From Candidatus Spongiisocius sp. (lineage in GTDB: Bacteria; Actinomycetota; Acidimicrobiia; Spongiisociales; Spongiisociaceae), in NCBI GenBank assembly GCA_965203035.1, contig OZ241858.1:2604838-2668837 (forward strand): a stretch of 64,000 nt of DNA, in the 5' to 3' direction. The position numbers and the translations under genes are program-made. Shown here piece by piece: positions 36,372 through 46,073 of this stretch. The notes beneath the pieces are model-generated. The model saw only the letters and a list, made by a program, of their open reading frames with translations, was not told the DNA's origin and ran no database searches. How positions within the stretch are numbered: the first letter of the stretch is position 1; every line of letters starts with the position of its first letter.

Positions 36372-37070
36372 ATGACCACACCGAAGATCACCATCATCAT
36401 CCCGGTCCACAACGAGGCCGGTTTCTTGGGACCCGCGCTGGCCCGGATGCGGCGCCAGGTAGACGCGGTGACTCCCCGCTACCGGGTCATCCTGGTGGAG
36501 AACGGATCGACCGACCGCACCCACGCCGAGGCTCTGGAAGTGGCGGGCGCCGATCCCCGCCTGGATGTGCTCCGGATCGGCGCCGCTGACTACGGGCTCG
36601 CCATCCGCACCGGGATGGAGGCGTCAGGGAGCTCGGGATGGCTGGTGGTGTTCGACATCGACTACCACTCCGGAGACTTCCTGCGACGGGTTGTGGAACT
36701 CGGCGAGACGGCCGATGTGGTGATCGCCTCGAAGCGGGCGCCCGGTTCCCAGGACCGGCGACCTTGGATACGCCGCCTGGCCACCCGGGTGTTCAACCTG
36801 GCGCTCCGCACCGTGGTCGGATCCGGGCTGTCCGACACCCACGGCATCAAGGCGCTCCGTGCCCAGGTGGTTGAGGCGCTGCTCCCGCAAGTGCGCCTGA
36901 CCGAGGATCTGTTCGACACCGAACTGCTCCTGCGGGCCGAGCGGGCCGGGTACCGCATCGTAGAGGTCCCGATCGTCGTGGAGGAGTTGAGGGAAGCCCG
37001 GTCCTCGCTGCTCCGCCGGGTTCCGCGGACCCTACGAGGACTGATCACGCTCCGCCGGAGCCTGCGCTAG
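36372..37070 (+). CDS. family 2 glycosyltransferase (polyprenol-phosphate sugar synthase-like)
   Basis: 232 aa with IIIPVHNEA and ILVENGSTDRT (DxD region). The size and pattern are those of Ppm/GtrB-type GT2 enzymes. Confidence 0.8.
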   Translation: MTTPKITIIIPVHNEAGFLGPALARMRRQVDAVTPRYRVILVENGSTDRTHAEALEVAGADPRLDVLRIGAADYGLAIRTGMEASGSSGWLVVFDIDYHSGDFLRRVVELGETADVVIASKRAPGSQDRRPWIRRLATRVFNLALRTVVGSGLSDTHGIKALRAQVVEALLPQVRLTEDLFDTELLLRAERAGYRIVEVPIVVEELREARSSLLRRVPRTLRGLITLRRSLR

Positions 37071-37222
37071 ACCCGTCCCGCCCCGCGTCCGCAGCCAAGA
37101 ACGCCCGAGTCGCCCGCCGGAAATCCGCAATCGTGCAACCTCAGGCTTCGAGCACCGCAAACGGCGCCACGAACCTGAGGATCAGGGCGCCGCATGCGGT
37201 GCCCTGGGCATCAAGAGTGCCC

Positions 37223-39742
37223 CTACCCGGCGCCGGTGGCCCGCAGGGAGGGGTGGCGGAGGCCTTCGGGGGAAGGCGCGGCAGGAGGAGTCTTCGGCCG
37301 GCGGGCGGCGGTGACCAACCAGACGATCAGAACGATGAAACCGGCGAGGGTCGACCACAACCCGGCTATCTCCACCCAGGTGTTCTCGAAGCGCAGTTCG
37401 ACGTCCCTGGCCGTGGGCACCACCACCATGAAGGCCGGGGTGGCCCGCCACGGACCCTCGGCGCCGTAAGCCGTCCAGTTGGGGAAGTAGGAGACCTTGA
37501 TCAGGTGGGGAAGTCCCACGCCGGTGGTGGTGAACGACACGCGGTGGTCCTCCAGCACCACATCGGACACCTCCACGCTCGAGTCGGTGGCGATCGGGAC
37601 GGTGGTGCCCTCCAGTTCGGGAGTGATCCGCTCCCAGTGCGGGGGACCATCCGCCGCGACCCACTGGTCCACGAGGCCGATGTCCTCGTACCACTCGAGC
37701 GCCACGTCCACGAAATCCGGCTCGGTGTCCTCGGTGAAGATGCCGACCAGGGATGGCACGAGTCTGGTACCGGGCTCCTCGAAGACCCAGGGCCGGTTGA
37801 CCGCCACGTCCACCAGAGAGCTCTCGGCAAGGGAGTAGATCCGGAACGGGGGCGAATCCACCACGAAGGTGAAGTCCGCATGCCGGTCGGCCCTGTCCTT
37901 GGCCGCATCGGTGAAGGCCACGTAGTAGGCCACGTTGAAGAGACGCATGTGCACGGCGCCCCGCTCGAGGTCGGCGTTGTGGTAGGCCAGCCCGGGAATC
38001 GGGTTCGAGGCCGAGCTGCTCATCTCGGAGCTGTTCAGGAAGTGGAACGGGGTCGTGAGCGAGGACTCGAAGTACAGGCCCTCCATCGAGGGGTGAGTGC
38101 CCTCGGTCCAGTAGGGGAACAGCATCGGCGCCATGGGGGTGCCGTACTTGTTCAGCTCGCTGTTGCCCTCCCAATGGACCCGGCCGGGCGGCAAGGCGTC
38201 CACCGCCGCCATCACCCCTTCGTACTCGGGCCAGCTCGCCTTACCCTCGTATCCGAGGTAGTTCCAGCGCGCCCATGCGCCCACGTAGTTCTCCTCGGCG
38301 GCCACGCCCACGAACACGGTTCCGGTGATGGCCACGCACGCCAGGACGGGAACGACCGTACGGGTGGCCGGCCGCGCCCGGCGTCCCACCAGCCACAGCA
38401 GGAGGATCCCCGCCGCCATGAGCAGCATGTCCGGACCCGAGATCCGCGCGATCAGCGGCTCCAGCCGCAACGCCGCAACCCAGCCGTCCGCACCCTGGAG
38501 GTCCCTGGCAGGGTCCCCGATGTCCGGCCCGAACACCAGCACCAGGACGGCGCCCACGATGCCGGACTGGATCCACCATCTGGGCGTTCGCTCCGGGAGA
38601 CGGCGGCAGGCCGCCACGGCCAGCAGGCCGACCGCGATTCCGGCGAAGAGGTGCAGCCCGTAGAACCAGTGAGGAAGTGCCCGGCCGTTCCACAGCTTGG
38701 CGCCCTGGCTGAGCAGGAAGAAAGCCGGAATCGGCACCAGCGTCAGGGCAGCCGGTCCCACAGCCCGCCCGGTCCGGCGCAAGGCCACCACCAGCCCGAT
38801 CACGCCCAGGATGGCCACGGGCCACAGTTCCACCGGGACCAGCTCATCGAACCCCGCCAGCGGCTGCCAGTTCATCTCGGTCGTGTGCCGGAGCCGGATC
38901 ACCAGCGGCAACGCCCAGAATGCAGTCAACATGAACCCCAGCGCCCAGGTCCCCGGCACGATCCACCAGGACAGTCCGGCGCGCTCCCGGCGGGCGCCGG
39001 TCCGGAGACGCTCGTACCAGTTCGAGCGACCCACCAGCACGAACAGCGACGCGAACACCACCCCCATGGTCGTGATCACGTGGCAGAGGGCGGTGCCCGC
39101 CAGAGCGGCGGCCGCTCCCAAGAAGTACCGCCCGGTCTGTCCGCCATCGCCGTGTAAGGCCCTGATCAGGCACCCCAGGTAGACGAGCGAGAAGGCGAAC
39201 GACCACGAATACGAGAATTCGCCGGCCAGGCTGGAGGCGATGGTCCCGCCGAATATGTTGGGGGTCGGGGTCTCCATGAAGGCGTAGGCGCCGCCCGCCG
39301 CCGCGGCGACCGCGGCAACCGGACGAGCGAACCCCATCGACCGGACGAGGAAATACGTGGCCGGGGCGAGCGCCACCAGCCCCACCACCGTCATCGTCTT
39401 GAACGCCACCCCGTATGGCAGCACCAGGTCGAGGGCGACGATGGCCAGCGACGGCAGGGGAAAGTAGAAATAGAAGATCGGGAACCCGGCGAACCAGTGG
39501 TTCGACCAACCCATGATCCGGCCGGACGGGAGCAGCACATCCCGCAGGTAGGCGGGGCCGAGCACGTGAGCGCCCATGTCGCCGCCGGTCGGAGTGTTGG
39601 CGACCAGCAACAGGTGGGGCGCTACCGCCAGAAGGGTCGCCACCGAGACCATCGCCACCATGACGGCCGAGGTCCGCGCCGACCATGCCCGCGATCGGAT
39701 CCCGTCTCCGACCGACCGGCGCTGATCGGGGCTTCCGGTCAT
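37223..39742 (-). CDS. large polytopic membrane protein with C-terminal extracytoplasmic domain (GT-C-like glycosyltransferase candidate)
   Basis: 839 aa with more than 12 hydrophobic segments in the first roughly 480 aa, a soluble domain, and a terminal TM. Last gene of a 4-gene translationally coupled operon. Confidence 0.65.
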   Translation of the reverse strand: MTGSPDQRRSVGDGIRSRAWSARTSAVMVAMVSVATLLAVAPHLLLVANTPTGGDMGAHVLGPAYLRDVLLPSGRIMGWSNHWFAGFPIFYFYFPLPSLAIVALDLVLPYGVAFKTMTVVGLVALAPATYFLVRSMGFARPVAAVAAAAGGAYAFMETPTPNIFGGTIASSLAGEFSYSWSFAFSLVYLGCLIRALHGDGGQTGRYFLGAAAALAGTALCHVITTMGVVFASLFVLVGRSNWYERLRTGARRERAGLSWWIVPGTWALGFMLTAFWALPLVIRLRHTTEMNWQPLAGFDELVPVELWPVAILGVIGLVVALRRTGRAVGPAALTLVPIPAFFLLSQGAKLWNGRALPHWFYGLHLFAGIAVGLLAVAACRRLPERTPRWWIQSGIVGAVLVLVFGPDIGDPARDLQGADGWVAALRLEPLIARISGPDMLLMAAGILLLWLVGRRARPATRTVVPVLACVAITGTVFVGVAAEENYVGAWARWNYLGYEGKASWPEYEGVMAAVDALPPGRVHWEGNSELNKYGTPMAPMLFPYWTEGTHPSMEGLYFESSLTTPFHFLNSSEMSSSASNPIPGLAYHNADLERGAVHMRLFNVAYYVAFTDAAKDRADRHADFTFVVDSPPFRIYSLAESSLVDVAVNRPWVFEEPGTRLVPSLVGIFTEDTEPDFVDVALEWYEDIGLVDQWVAADGPPHWERITPELEGTTVPIATDSSVEVSDVVLEDHRVSFTTTGVGLPHLIKVSYFPNWTAYGAEGPWRATPAFMVVVPTARDVELRFENTWVEIAGLWSTLAGFIVLIVWLVTAARRPKTPPAAPSPEGLRHPSLRATGAG

Positions 39743-40119
39743 GCCTGCATCTTCCGAACCGCCCTCCGCAGGGCCATGGGCCTCGGTACCTGGACGAACG
39801 AAGCCACCTGCTTGCCGTCGGCGCCGACCACCGCGCCCACCGGAATCTCGTCCACCCCGACTCGGGTCAGGAGGTCGGGATGCTCCTCCCAGCTCCGCTC
39901 GGCGAAGCCCGACTCACCCAGCACCTCGCGGTAGGCGAGCCGGGCCGCATCACACGCATCACACCCGGCGGCGGTGAACAGGTAGACACCGGGACCGTCG
40001 AGGTTCCCTTCGACGGAAAGAGGGTTGCGGGGCCGTTTCGGACGGAAACCGGCCACGGCCGCCACCACTCCTGCCGCCGCCAGGACCACCAGCAGACGAA
40101 CCACGAACCCGTCAGCCAA
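39739..40119 (-). CDS. membrane-anchored thioredoxin/glutaredoxin-fold protein (CxxC)
   Basis: 126 aa with an N-terminal TM segment, then YLFTAAGCDACDAAR (CxxC). It overlaps both neighbours (8 nt and 4 nt). Confidence 0.5.
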   Translation of the reverse strand: MADGFVVRLLVVLAAAGVVAAVAGFRPKRPRNPLSVEGNLDGPGVYLFTAAGCDACDAARLAYREVLGESGFAERSWEEHPDLLTRVGVDEIPVGAVVGADGKQVASFVQVPRPMALRRAVRKMQA

Positions 40120-41416
40120 TCGGGATCGCCCCAGAGAACATGACGCGCCCGGGCGCGGTCCCCAGCCATCCCACCGTCATAGGGCCGTCGGACGTGACCC
40201 GGACGCCGGCCACCGCCGGATCGGCGATATGGACGGTGCGCACAGAGTTGGCGGGGATCCCGATCACGTTGGCCCGGGTCCTTCCCTGGGGGGTGAGCGT
40301 CCGGTAGCTGACGGTCAACTCGGTGACCCCGGCGTTGAGCAGCCTGAGCCGGCTTCCGGACGAGACCACTCCCGGCCCAGGCACCAGCCATCCGGTAGCC
40401 GTGGTCCGAGCCCCGACGGTCGCCGCGACGCCGGTCTCCGAGCGGGCCACGACGACCGCGCCGAAGGGGCCGTCGCCTGTCACCCGCGCGCCGAACCCGG
40501 AAGAACTCAGGCCCTCGAGTGACACGCGCGCCTGCCCGGGCCCCTCGATGCGACCCTCCAGGGTGGGGAGCAGCCCACCGGATTCGTCGAAGACCTCGAT
40601 CAGGAAGTTGACCGGGATCGACGCTTCATTGGTCAGGACCAGGTCACTCCGTAGCCCGACCGCGCCCGCTACCGGGAACTCCCAGCCGTCAGCGGCGCCG
40701 GATCCGGGCCACACCGCCGAATCCGCGCCGGTATCGAGCACCATCACCGGGATGACCGATCCCGTGACCGGTCGCACGACAATCGACAGTGACTCCCGGC
40801 GGGGAAGTAACTCATCGAGCGCCACCACCCGGGTGCGCCGGGCCGGAACCGTCAACCCCTCCAGCGCTTCTCCTGCCTCGATACCCAACTCGCTGAACGC
40901 CCATAGGTCGACCCGGGCGTCGGCGGTGAAGGGATTGAAGAGCCGGAGGACCAGGCTCTCGCCCTCGATCGTGGAACCTCCCGGCAGGTGCCAGGAGTCC
41001 GGAATCGTCCCGGAGCAGAGGTCACCCGCCAGCAGACCCTCACCTGCGGCCACGACGCCGACCGCGCCCCCGTTCCCGGAGAACTCGACCAGCGCGGAAC
41101 TGGCGCCGACCTGACGCGGATTCTCGACCCTGGCCGCCGTGTTCGAGTCGGTCCGTCCCGATATGCGGTCCTCTACAGAGCCGCCCTCGAGGAAAGAAAG
41201 ATCGAAACCGGCCGGACCCTCTCCCAGCACGCTGTACGCCGAGCTCCTGAGGCTGTCAGAACGCGACCAGGGACAGTGGGCGAAGTGGGATACCCCGCCG
41301 GTCGGCGCCTCCGACCGGCTGATCTCGGCGATCGGAGCGGGCGGCCCCGGAGCCGGTAGCGCGGTGACGACCACTACGGCAAGGGCCACCAAGACCAGCC
41401 CGAGTATGCGGGTCAT
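40112..41416 (-). CDS. secreted/anchored beta-rich protein (DUF5719-like; tentative recognition)
   Basis: 434 aa with an N-terminal signal/anchor. In my memory of actinobacterial annotations this family sits next to a large membrane GT2. Assignment is by context and composition only. Confidence 0.55.
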   Translation of the reverse strand: MTRILGLVLVALAVVVVTALPAPGPPAPIAEISRSEAPTGGVSHFAHCPWSRSDSLRSSAYSVLGEGPAGFDLSFLEGGSVEDRISGRTDSNTAARVENPRQVGASSALVEFSGNGGAVGVVAAGEGLLAGDLCSGTIPDSWHLPGGSTIEGESLVLRLFNPFTADARVDLWAFSELGIEAGEALEGLTVPARRTRVVALDELLPRRESLSIVVRPVTGSVIPVMVLDTGADSAVWPGSGAADGWEFPVAGAVGLRSDLVLTNEASIPVNFLIEVFDESGGLLPTLEGRIEGPGQARVSLEGLSSSGFGARVTGDGPFGAVVVARSETGVAATVGARTTATGWLVPGPGVVSSGSRLRLLNAGVTELTVSYRTLTPQGRTRANVIGIPANSVRTVHIADPAVAGVRVTSDGPMTVGWLGTAPGRVMFSGAIPIG

Positions 41417-44199
41417 GCCGGTTGCTCCCCGGCCTCACGCCTGGCACGCACCAGCGACAGGCCCGCCAGAAGGATCACTACGGCGCCTGCCGCCCGCGCC
41501 TGGAACCGGAAGGAATCCACCCCTCCGAAAGTGGCGACTCCCGCCTCGGCCGGCACCCGGTTGGCCCAGCCGTCCTGTTGCCAGGCGCCGGGACCCCACC
41601 GGTGGTCGGCATTCTCCGCAATCCGGACCGAGCCTCCGAGCTGTCTGCCCGCGTAGTCAGGCGCCACCCACGACCACGCCACACCCCCGTCGGTCACTGC
41701 CCTGTAGGCGGGCACATCGTTCTCCCACACCCCGCCGGATTCCCCCACGAAGAGGCCGGCGAGCGGTCGCATATCCAGCTGTGCGCCCAGCACATCCGCG
41801 AGAGGGCTGGGGCCGGTGGCCGCCACCCAGCGGATACCGAACCGCGCCAGCAACTCCCCCGGTCGAAGCTCCTGCCCGGCAATCAACCCGACCAGGGTTT
41901 CCTCGAGGACCGCATCTCCCAGGCGCGCCTCGGGGAGCCAGGCCTGCGGGTAGTCCAGGTTGCCACCTATCAGGCGGTACGGCGTGCCGTCCGGCAGCAC
42001 CCGGTGCTCACCAGGAAGGGTTTCCGGCGGCCCGGTCAGCAGGACCCGGTCGGCACCATGGGATCCGGCCCGGCTGGAGGCGAACGCGAAGGCGCCGAAC
42101 CGGTCGTCCGGTAGCCCCATACGGCCGGCCGGGGCAGCGATCAGGGCAGTCAGGCCGACAAGGATGGCTGCCGCCATGGCCGCGTAAGCGGGCGCAGATC
42201 GCAAGAGCGAGACGTCCACGCCGAGTGAGGCCGGCGCATCCAGAGCACCGGCGACAACCAGCGCCAGGCCGCCGGCGGCGGCAATCAGGCCGGCGGTCGT
42301 GGCCTCCTGGCCCGCGCCCAGGGAACCGGCCCGCGCCACGAGAAACCCGACCGACCCGATCACGACACCCGTTACTGCTACCGACAGTGACCGGCCACGG
42401 GCAACCGCCGTGGCCGCTGCGCCCGCCACCAGCAGCGGAACGGCCACCCACCAGGACGGATCCGGGTGGAACGGGATCCCGCTCCCCAGCACTTCGGATA
42501 CCCCGCGACCGCTCAGCCACGGCAGCAAGACCGGCAGGGCGAGCACCGATCCGGCCGCGCCGACGACCAGGGGGCGGCTACGCCCCGCCACGACCGCCCA
42601 GACCAGTCCGAACAGCAGCGGTATCACGATCGAGAGCGGGACGAAGGCAGCCGAGACGGCGGTCGCGAGACCGACCCTGGCCAGGCGCCCGGTCCAGCCC
42701 CGACCTGTCTCCGGATCGGGCGCCACCGCCCCCGCCAGTGACCAGGGAACCCCGCCGAGCGCCAGGATGCCGGGCCAGTAGCCCTCCCCGGCCAGCCACA
42801 GCGTCGGGAACCCGGCCACGAACACCGCCCCGGCCACCAGGCGCGCCCCGCGGCTGAGGCCGAGCCTGCGGACCAGGGCCACCATGCCGGCCACGCCCGA
42901 GGCGACCGCGCCCACCGTGAGGATGCCGGCGGCCCCGCCCCGGTTTCCCAGGAGCAGCTGGAGGGCGGCGGTTGCCCCGACCGAAGGATGCATGGGCTCG
43001 GGACTGCCCAGACCGCCCAGATGCCATCCTCCGGCATAGGCACGCAGGGTGTTCCAGGCCGATTCCGCCAGGGGCAGCACGTATCCGGTCGCCGGCAGTC
43101 CCTCAGCGATGATGGAGCGGGTAAGCACCAGAACCAGCGCCAAGCCCAGCACCGTCGTGATCACATCCGGTCGCTGCCAGAAGGCCGGCGAGGCGCGATC
43201 GTCCGGCTCCCCGTAGTCGGCGCCGGCGCCGAGCAGGGCGCCCAGTTCGGCCGCGACCTCGCGCAACTCCAGCGAGCCGCGGACCTGGAAGCGGAACAGC
43301 TCGGCATCGGACTCCATGGAGGTCGTCGGGGCGCGCCGCCGGGCCTGCAGGGTCGACGGCAGGTAGAGGAGGTTCCAGGCCCAGGTGCGAATCCAGTCCA
43401 CCGGCCCGGTGAGGGAACCCTTCGGGAGCCGGTAGAGCCAGGTCGCGAGGCCTACCAGGAACAGGGCCGGTAGGGCCCACAGCAGGGTCACGAGCGAGTA
43501 GGTCTTGAGCATGGTCCGGAGCCGTCCGGCCTGCTCCCGCCACGTGGTGGGCCGCTGGGCGCCGCTGGCCCGGCTGAACACCTCCGAGCCCGGGGTCACG
43601 ATCACCCGGCCGCCCACCACCCGCGCCCTCTGGCAGATGTCCAGGCCGAAGGACAGGTAGGGCAGGGTGTGATCCAACCCGCCCAGTCCTTCGGCAAGAT
43701 CCCTTCTGACGAGCAGCGAGGCCGGCTCCAGGAACGCCACATCCCGGATGACGTCGAACTGCTCCTGATCGATCTCTCCCCTCTCGAGGCCCGTGTACGG
43801 GAAACCGAACACGTCGGTGGGCCCGCCCACGGACAGCAGGCGGTCGGGATGGTCGGTGTCGAGCACCTTCGAGCCCACCACCGACGCCTCGAGGCTCTCG
43901 GCGGCGTCGATCAGCGCGGCCAGGGCGTCAGGTCGGGCAGTGGTCCGGGAGTCCAGCATCCACAGGTAGTCAACCGGACCGTCAACCATGTCCAGCGCCT
44001 CCGACAGCCGCCGGGCCGTCTTGGGCCGGTCCGTCTCCGGAGCGACATCCGGACTCCGGTCGGCGATGACCACCACATCCTCGACCTCGTAGACTTGCGG
44101 CTCGATGCTTGCCAGCACGTCGGCTATGTCGTCTCCCCGGCGAGCCACCACCAGCGCCAGGACGCGCGGCTTCGGTGAGGGAGAAGAGGGTTGGGTCAT
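41413..44199 (-). CDS. GT2 glycosyltransferase fused to a large polytopic membrane domain
   Basis: 928 aa. The N-terminal roughly 230 aa are GT2-like (LALVVARRGDD ... VVVIADRS ... YLWMLDS), followed by many TM segments. Confidence 0.8.
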   Translation of the reverse strand: MTQPSSPSPKPRVLALVVARRGDDIADVLASIEPQVYEVEDVVVIADRSPDVAPETDRPKTARRLSEALDMVDGPVDYLWMLDSRTTARPDALAALIDAAESLEASVVGSKVLDTDHPDRLLSVGGPTDVFGFPYTGLERGEIDQEQFDVIRDVAFLEPASLLVRRDLAEGLGGLDHTLPYLSFGLDICQRARVVGGRVIVTPGSEVFSRASGAQRPTTWREQAGRLRTMLKTYSLVTLLWALPALFLVGLATWLYRLPKGSLTGPVDWIRTWAWNLLYLPSTLQARRRAPTTSMESDAELFRFQVRGSLELREVAAELGALLGAGADYGEPDDRASPAFWQRPDVITTVLGLALVLVLTRSIIAEGLPATGYVLPLAESAWNTLRAYAGGWHLGGLGSPEPMHPSVGATAALQLLLGNRGGAAGILTVGAVASGVAGMVALVRRLGLSRGARLVAGAVFVAGFPTLWLAGEGYWPGILALGGVPWSLAGAVAPDPETGRGWTGRLARVGLATAVSAAFVPLSIVIPLLFGLVWAVVAGRSRPLVVGAAGSVLALPVLLPWLSGRGVSEVLGSGIPFHPDPSWWVAVPLLVAGAAATAVARGRSLSVAVTGVVIGSVGFLVARAGSLGAGQEATTAGLIAAAGGLALVVAGALDAPASLGVDVSLLRSAPAYAAMAAAILVGLTALIAAPAGRMGLPDDRFGAFAFASSRAGSHGADRVLLTGPPETLPGEHRVLPDGTPYRLIGGNLDYPQAWLPEARLGDAVLEETLVGLIAGQELRPGELLARFGIRWVAATGPSPLADVLGAQLDMRPLAGLFVGESGGVWENDVPAYRAVTDGGVAWSWVAPDYAGRQLGGSVRIAENADHRWGPGAWQQDGWANRVPAEAGVATFGGVDSFRFQARAAGAVVILLAGLSLVRARREAGEQPA

Positions 44200-44262
44200 G
44201 GGTGCCCCATTGTGTTACGGAACGAGCCACAAGACAATAACCGTCACCCCGGATCCCGGCCC

Positions 44263-45198
44263 GTGACACGACGGGTCGCGCTCCTGTCCGGCGGGGTCGG
44301 CGGCGCCCGCCTGGCCCGAGGGTTCGAGCACCTGGAGGATGTCGAGTCCACTGTGGTGGTGAACGTGGGGGATGACGACACCTTCTACGGGTGGTCGGTG
44401 TCCCCGGACGTGGACACGGTGCTCTACACGCTGGCCGGGCAGGAAGGCCCGCACGGCTGGGGTCGAGCCGGCGACACCTCGGTGCTGATGGACCATCTGG
44501 CCGGCCTCGGGGTCGACACCCGCTTCCGGATCGGTGACGCCGACGCCGCTCTCAATCTCTACCGGACCATGCGGCTACGGGGCGGCGATCCCCTCCATGC
44601 AGTCACAGCCGACCTGGCCGCGATGATGGGAGTGCGCTCGACGGTGATTCCCGCCACTGACGATCGGCTCCGGACGGAGGTGCGGACGGGCCCCGGCCAT
44701 TGGATGTCATTCCAGGAGTACTTCGTGCTGCGAGGCCATCGGGACGACGTGGCGGAGGTCAGGTTCACCGGAGAGGCGACGGCCCGTCCCGCGCCGGGGG
44801 TGCTGGAGGCGATCGCGGACGCCGACGCGGTGGTGATCGCACCTTCCAACCCTCCGCTCTCCGTCTGGCCCATCCTGGCGGTCCGAGGCATCGCGACGGA
44901 GGTGCGGGACGCCCGCCGGGTGATGGCGGTCAGCCCGCTGTTCGGAGGCCGGGCGCTCAAGGGGCCCGCTGACCGGGTATTGACCTCGCTGGGCTTCCCG
45001 CCCGGCAATGCCGGCGTGGTGGCGGCCTATCCCGGCCTGATAGGGGACCTCTTCATCGACAGCACCGACCAGGCCGACGTACCCGCCCTTACCGGCTCGG
45101 GGTTGTCGGTTCACGCCGGGTCCACCCGCATCGCGGAGGTGGAGCAGGCGATCGGGTTGGCCCGGCGCATGATGACCCTGCTGGGAGCCGCCTCGTGA
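44263..45198 (+). CDS. cofD: 2-phospho-L-lactate (or EPPG) transferase, F420 biosynthesis
   Basis: VALLSGGVGGARLARG at the N-terminus, with the CofD/FbiA pattern throughout. The GTG at 44263 is preferred over the track start at 44191, which would overlap the divergent GT2 gene. Confidence 0.9.
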   Translation: MTRRVALLSGGVGGARLARGFEHLEDVESTVVVNVGDDDTFYGWSVSPDVDTVLYTLAGQEGPHGWGRAGDTSVLMDHLAGLGVDTRFRIGDADAALNLYRTMRLRGGDPLHAVTADLAAMMGVRSTVIPATDDRLRTEVRTGPGHWMSFQEYFVLRGHRDDVAEVRFTGEATARPAPGVLEAIADADAVVIAPSNPPLSVWPILAVRGIATEVRDARRVMAVSPLFGGRALKGPADRVLTSLGFPPGNAGVVAAYPGLIGDLFIDSTDQADVPALTGSGLSVHAGSTRIAEVEQAIGLARRMMTLLGAAS

Positions 45199-45896
45199 GC
45201 ATTTCGATCTCCCCCGTGGGGGGCATTCCCGAGGCCGAACCCGGCGATGACGTGGCCGCGATGCTGATCGAAGGATTGGCGGCGACCGGGCTGGAGCCTG
45301 CGGACGGGGATGTGCTGGTCGTCACCCACAAGCTGGTCTCGAAGGCCGAGGGCCGTATCGAGGACATCGGCGACGACCCGGAGGCCCGCCTCCGGCTCAT
45401 CGAACGGGAGGCATCGGCCGTTCTCCGCCGCCGCGAGGAGCTGGTGATCACGGAGACGCATCACGGGTTCGTGTGCGCCAACGCCGGCGTCGACAAGTCC
45501 AACGTTCGCTCAGGCTCGGTGGTGCTCCTTCCCATCGCCCCGGACCGGTCGGCCCGGCGGATACGCGCCCGCCTCCGGCAGGCGCTCGGAGTGACGATCG
45601 GGGTGGTCATCACCGACACGTTCGGGAGGGCGTGGCGCCACGGCCTGACCGATGTGGCCATCGGCGTCGCCGGTATCCCGGCCATCGTGGACTACCGCGG
45701 GACGGCCGACACCTACGGCAACACCCTCGAGGTGACGGAAGTGGCGCTGGCAGACGAGTTGGCCGCTGCAGCCGACCTCGTGATGGGCAAGGCCAAGGGC
45801 ATCCCCGCCGCCCTGATCCACGGAGTGGAGTACCCACCGGGTGAAGGTTCGAGCGCCGACCTGGTCCGGAGTCCTGCCCAGGACATGTTCCGCTAG
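45195..45896 (+). CDS. cofE: coenzyme F420-0:L-glutamate ligase (stand-alone CofE domain)
   Basis: 233 aa with VVVTHKLVSKAEGR, NAGVDKSN and DTFGRAWRHGLTDVAIG. There is a 4-nt overlap with cofD. Confidence 0.9.
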   Translation: MSISISPVGGIPEAEPGDDVAAMLIEGLAATGLEPADGDVLVVTHKLVSKAEGRIEDIGDDPEARLRLIEREASAVLRRREELVITETHHGFVCANAGVDKSNVRSGSVVLLPIAPDRSARRIRARLRQALGVTIGVVITDTFGRAWRHGLTDVAIGVAGIPAIVDYRGTADTYGNTLEVTEVALADELAAAADLVMGKAKGIPAALIHGVEYPPGEGSSADLVRSPAQDMFR

Positions 45897-45977
45897 CCGT
45901 ACCGCATTCTGAGGCGTCTTTCTCGGGTATCGAGGACCGGCACCCTGCTGGAATCAGGGTCATCGACACCGGCAACA

Positions 45978-46014
45978 GGATGGGGGCCACGAGTGAAGTT
46001 CGTGGCCCCCATCC
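45978..46014. terminator. strong hairpin between convergent genes (bidirectional terminator candidate)
   Basis: ggatgggggccacg - agtgaagtt - cgtggcccccatcc forms a perfect 14-bp stem with a 9-nt loop. Confidence 0.7.
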
Positions 46015-46073
46015 TCACAATCCGTCGCCGGTAAGCGCCTTCAATCGGCTTACCGGATCGCCTGTGACCTGAG

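Noticed and set aside
37133-39157. Very long plus-strand ORF (674 aa). There are similar giants at 41139..42857, 31629..33641, 58837..60573 (upstream part) and 59998..61551.
   Set aside because: They are antisense or out-of-frame shadows of real genes, as is typical of high-GC DNA. Their translations are Arg/Pro/Gly/His-rich low-complexity strings with no motifs, while the opposite-strand or other-frame genes have clear family signatures.
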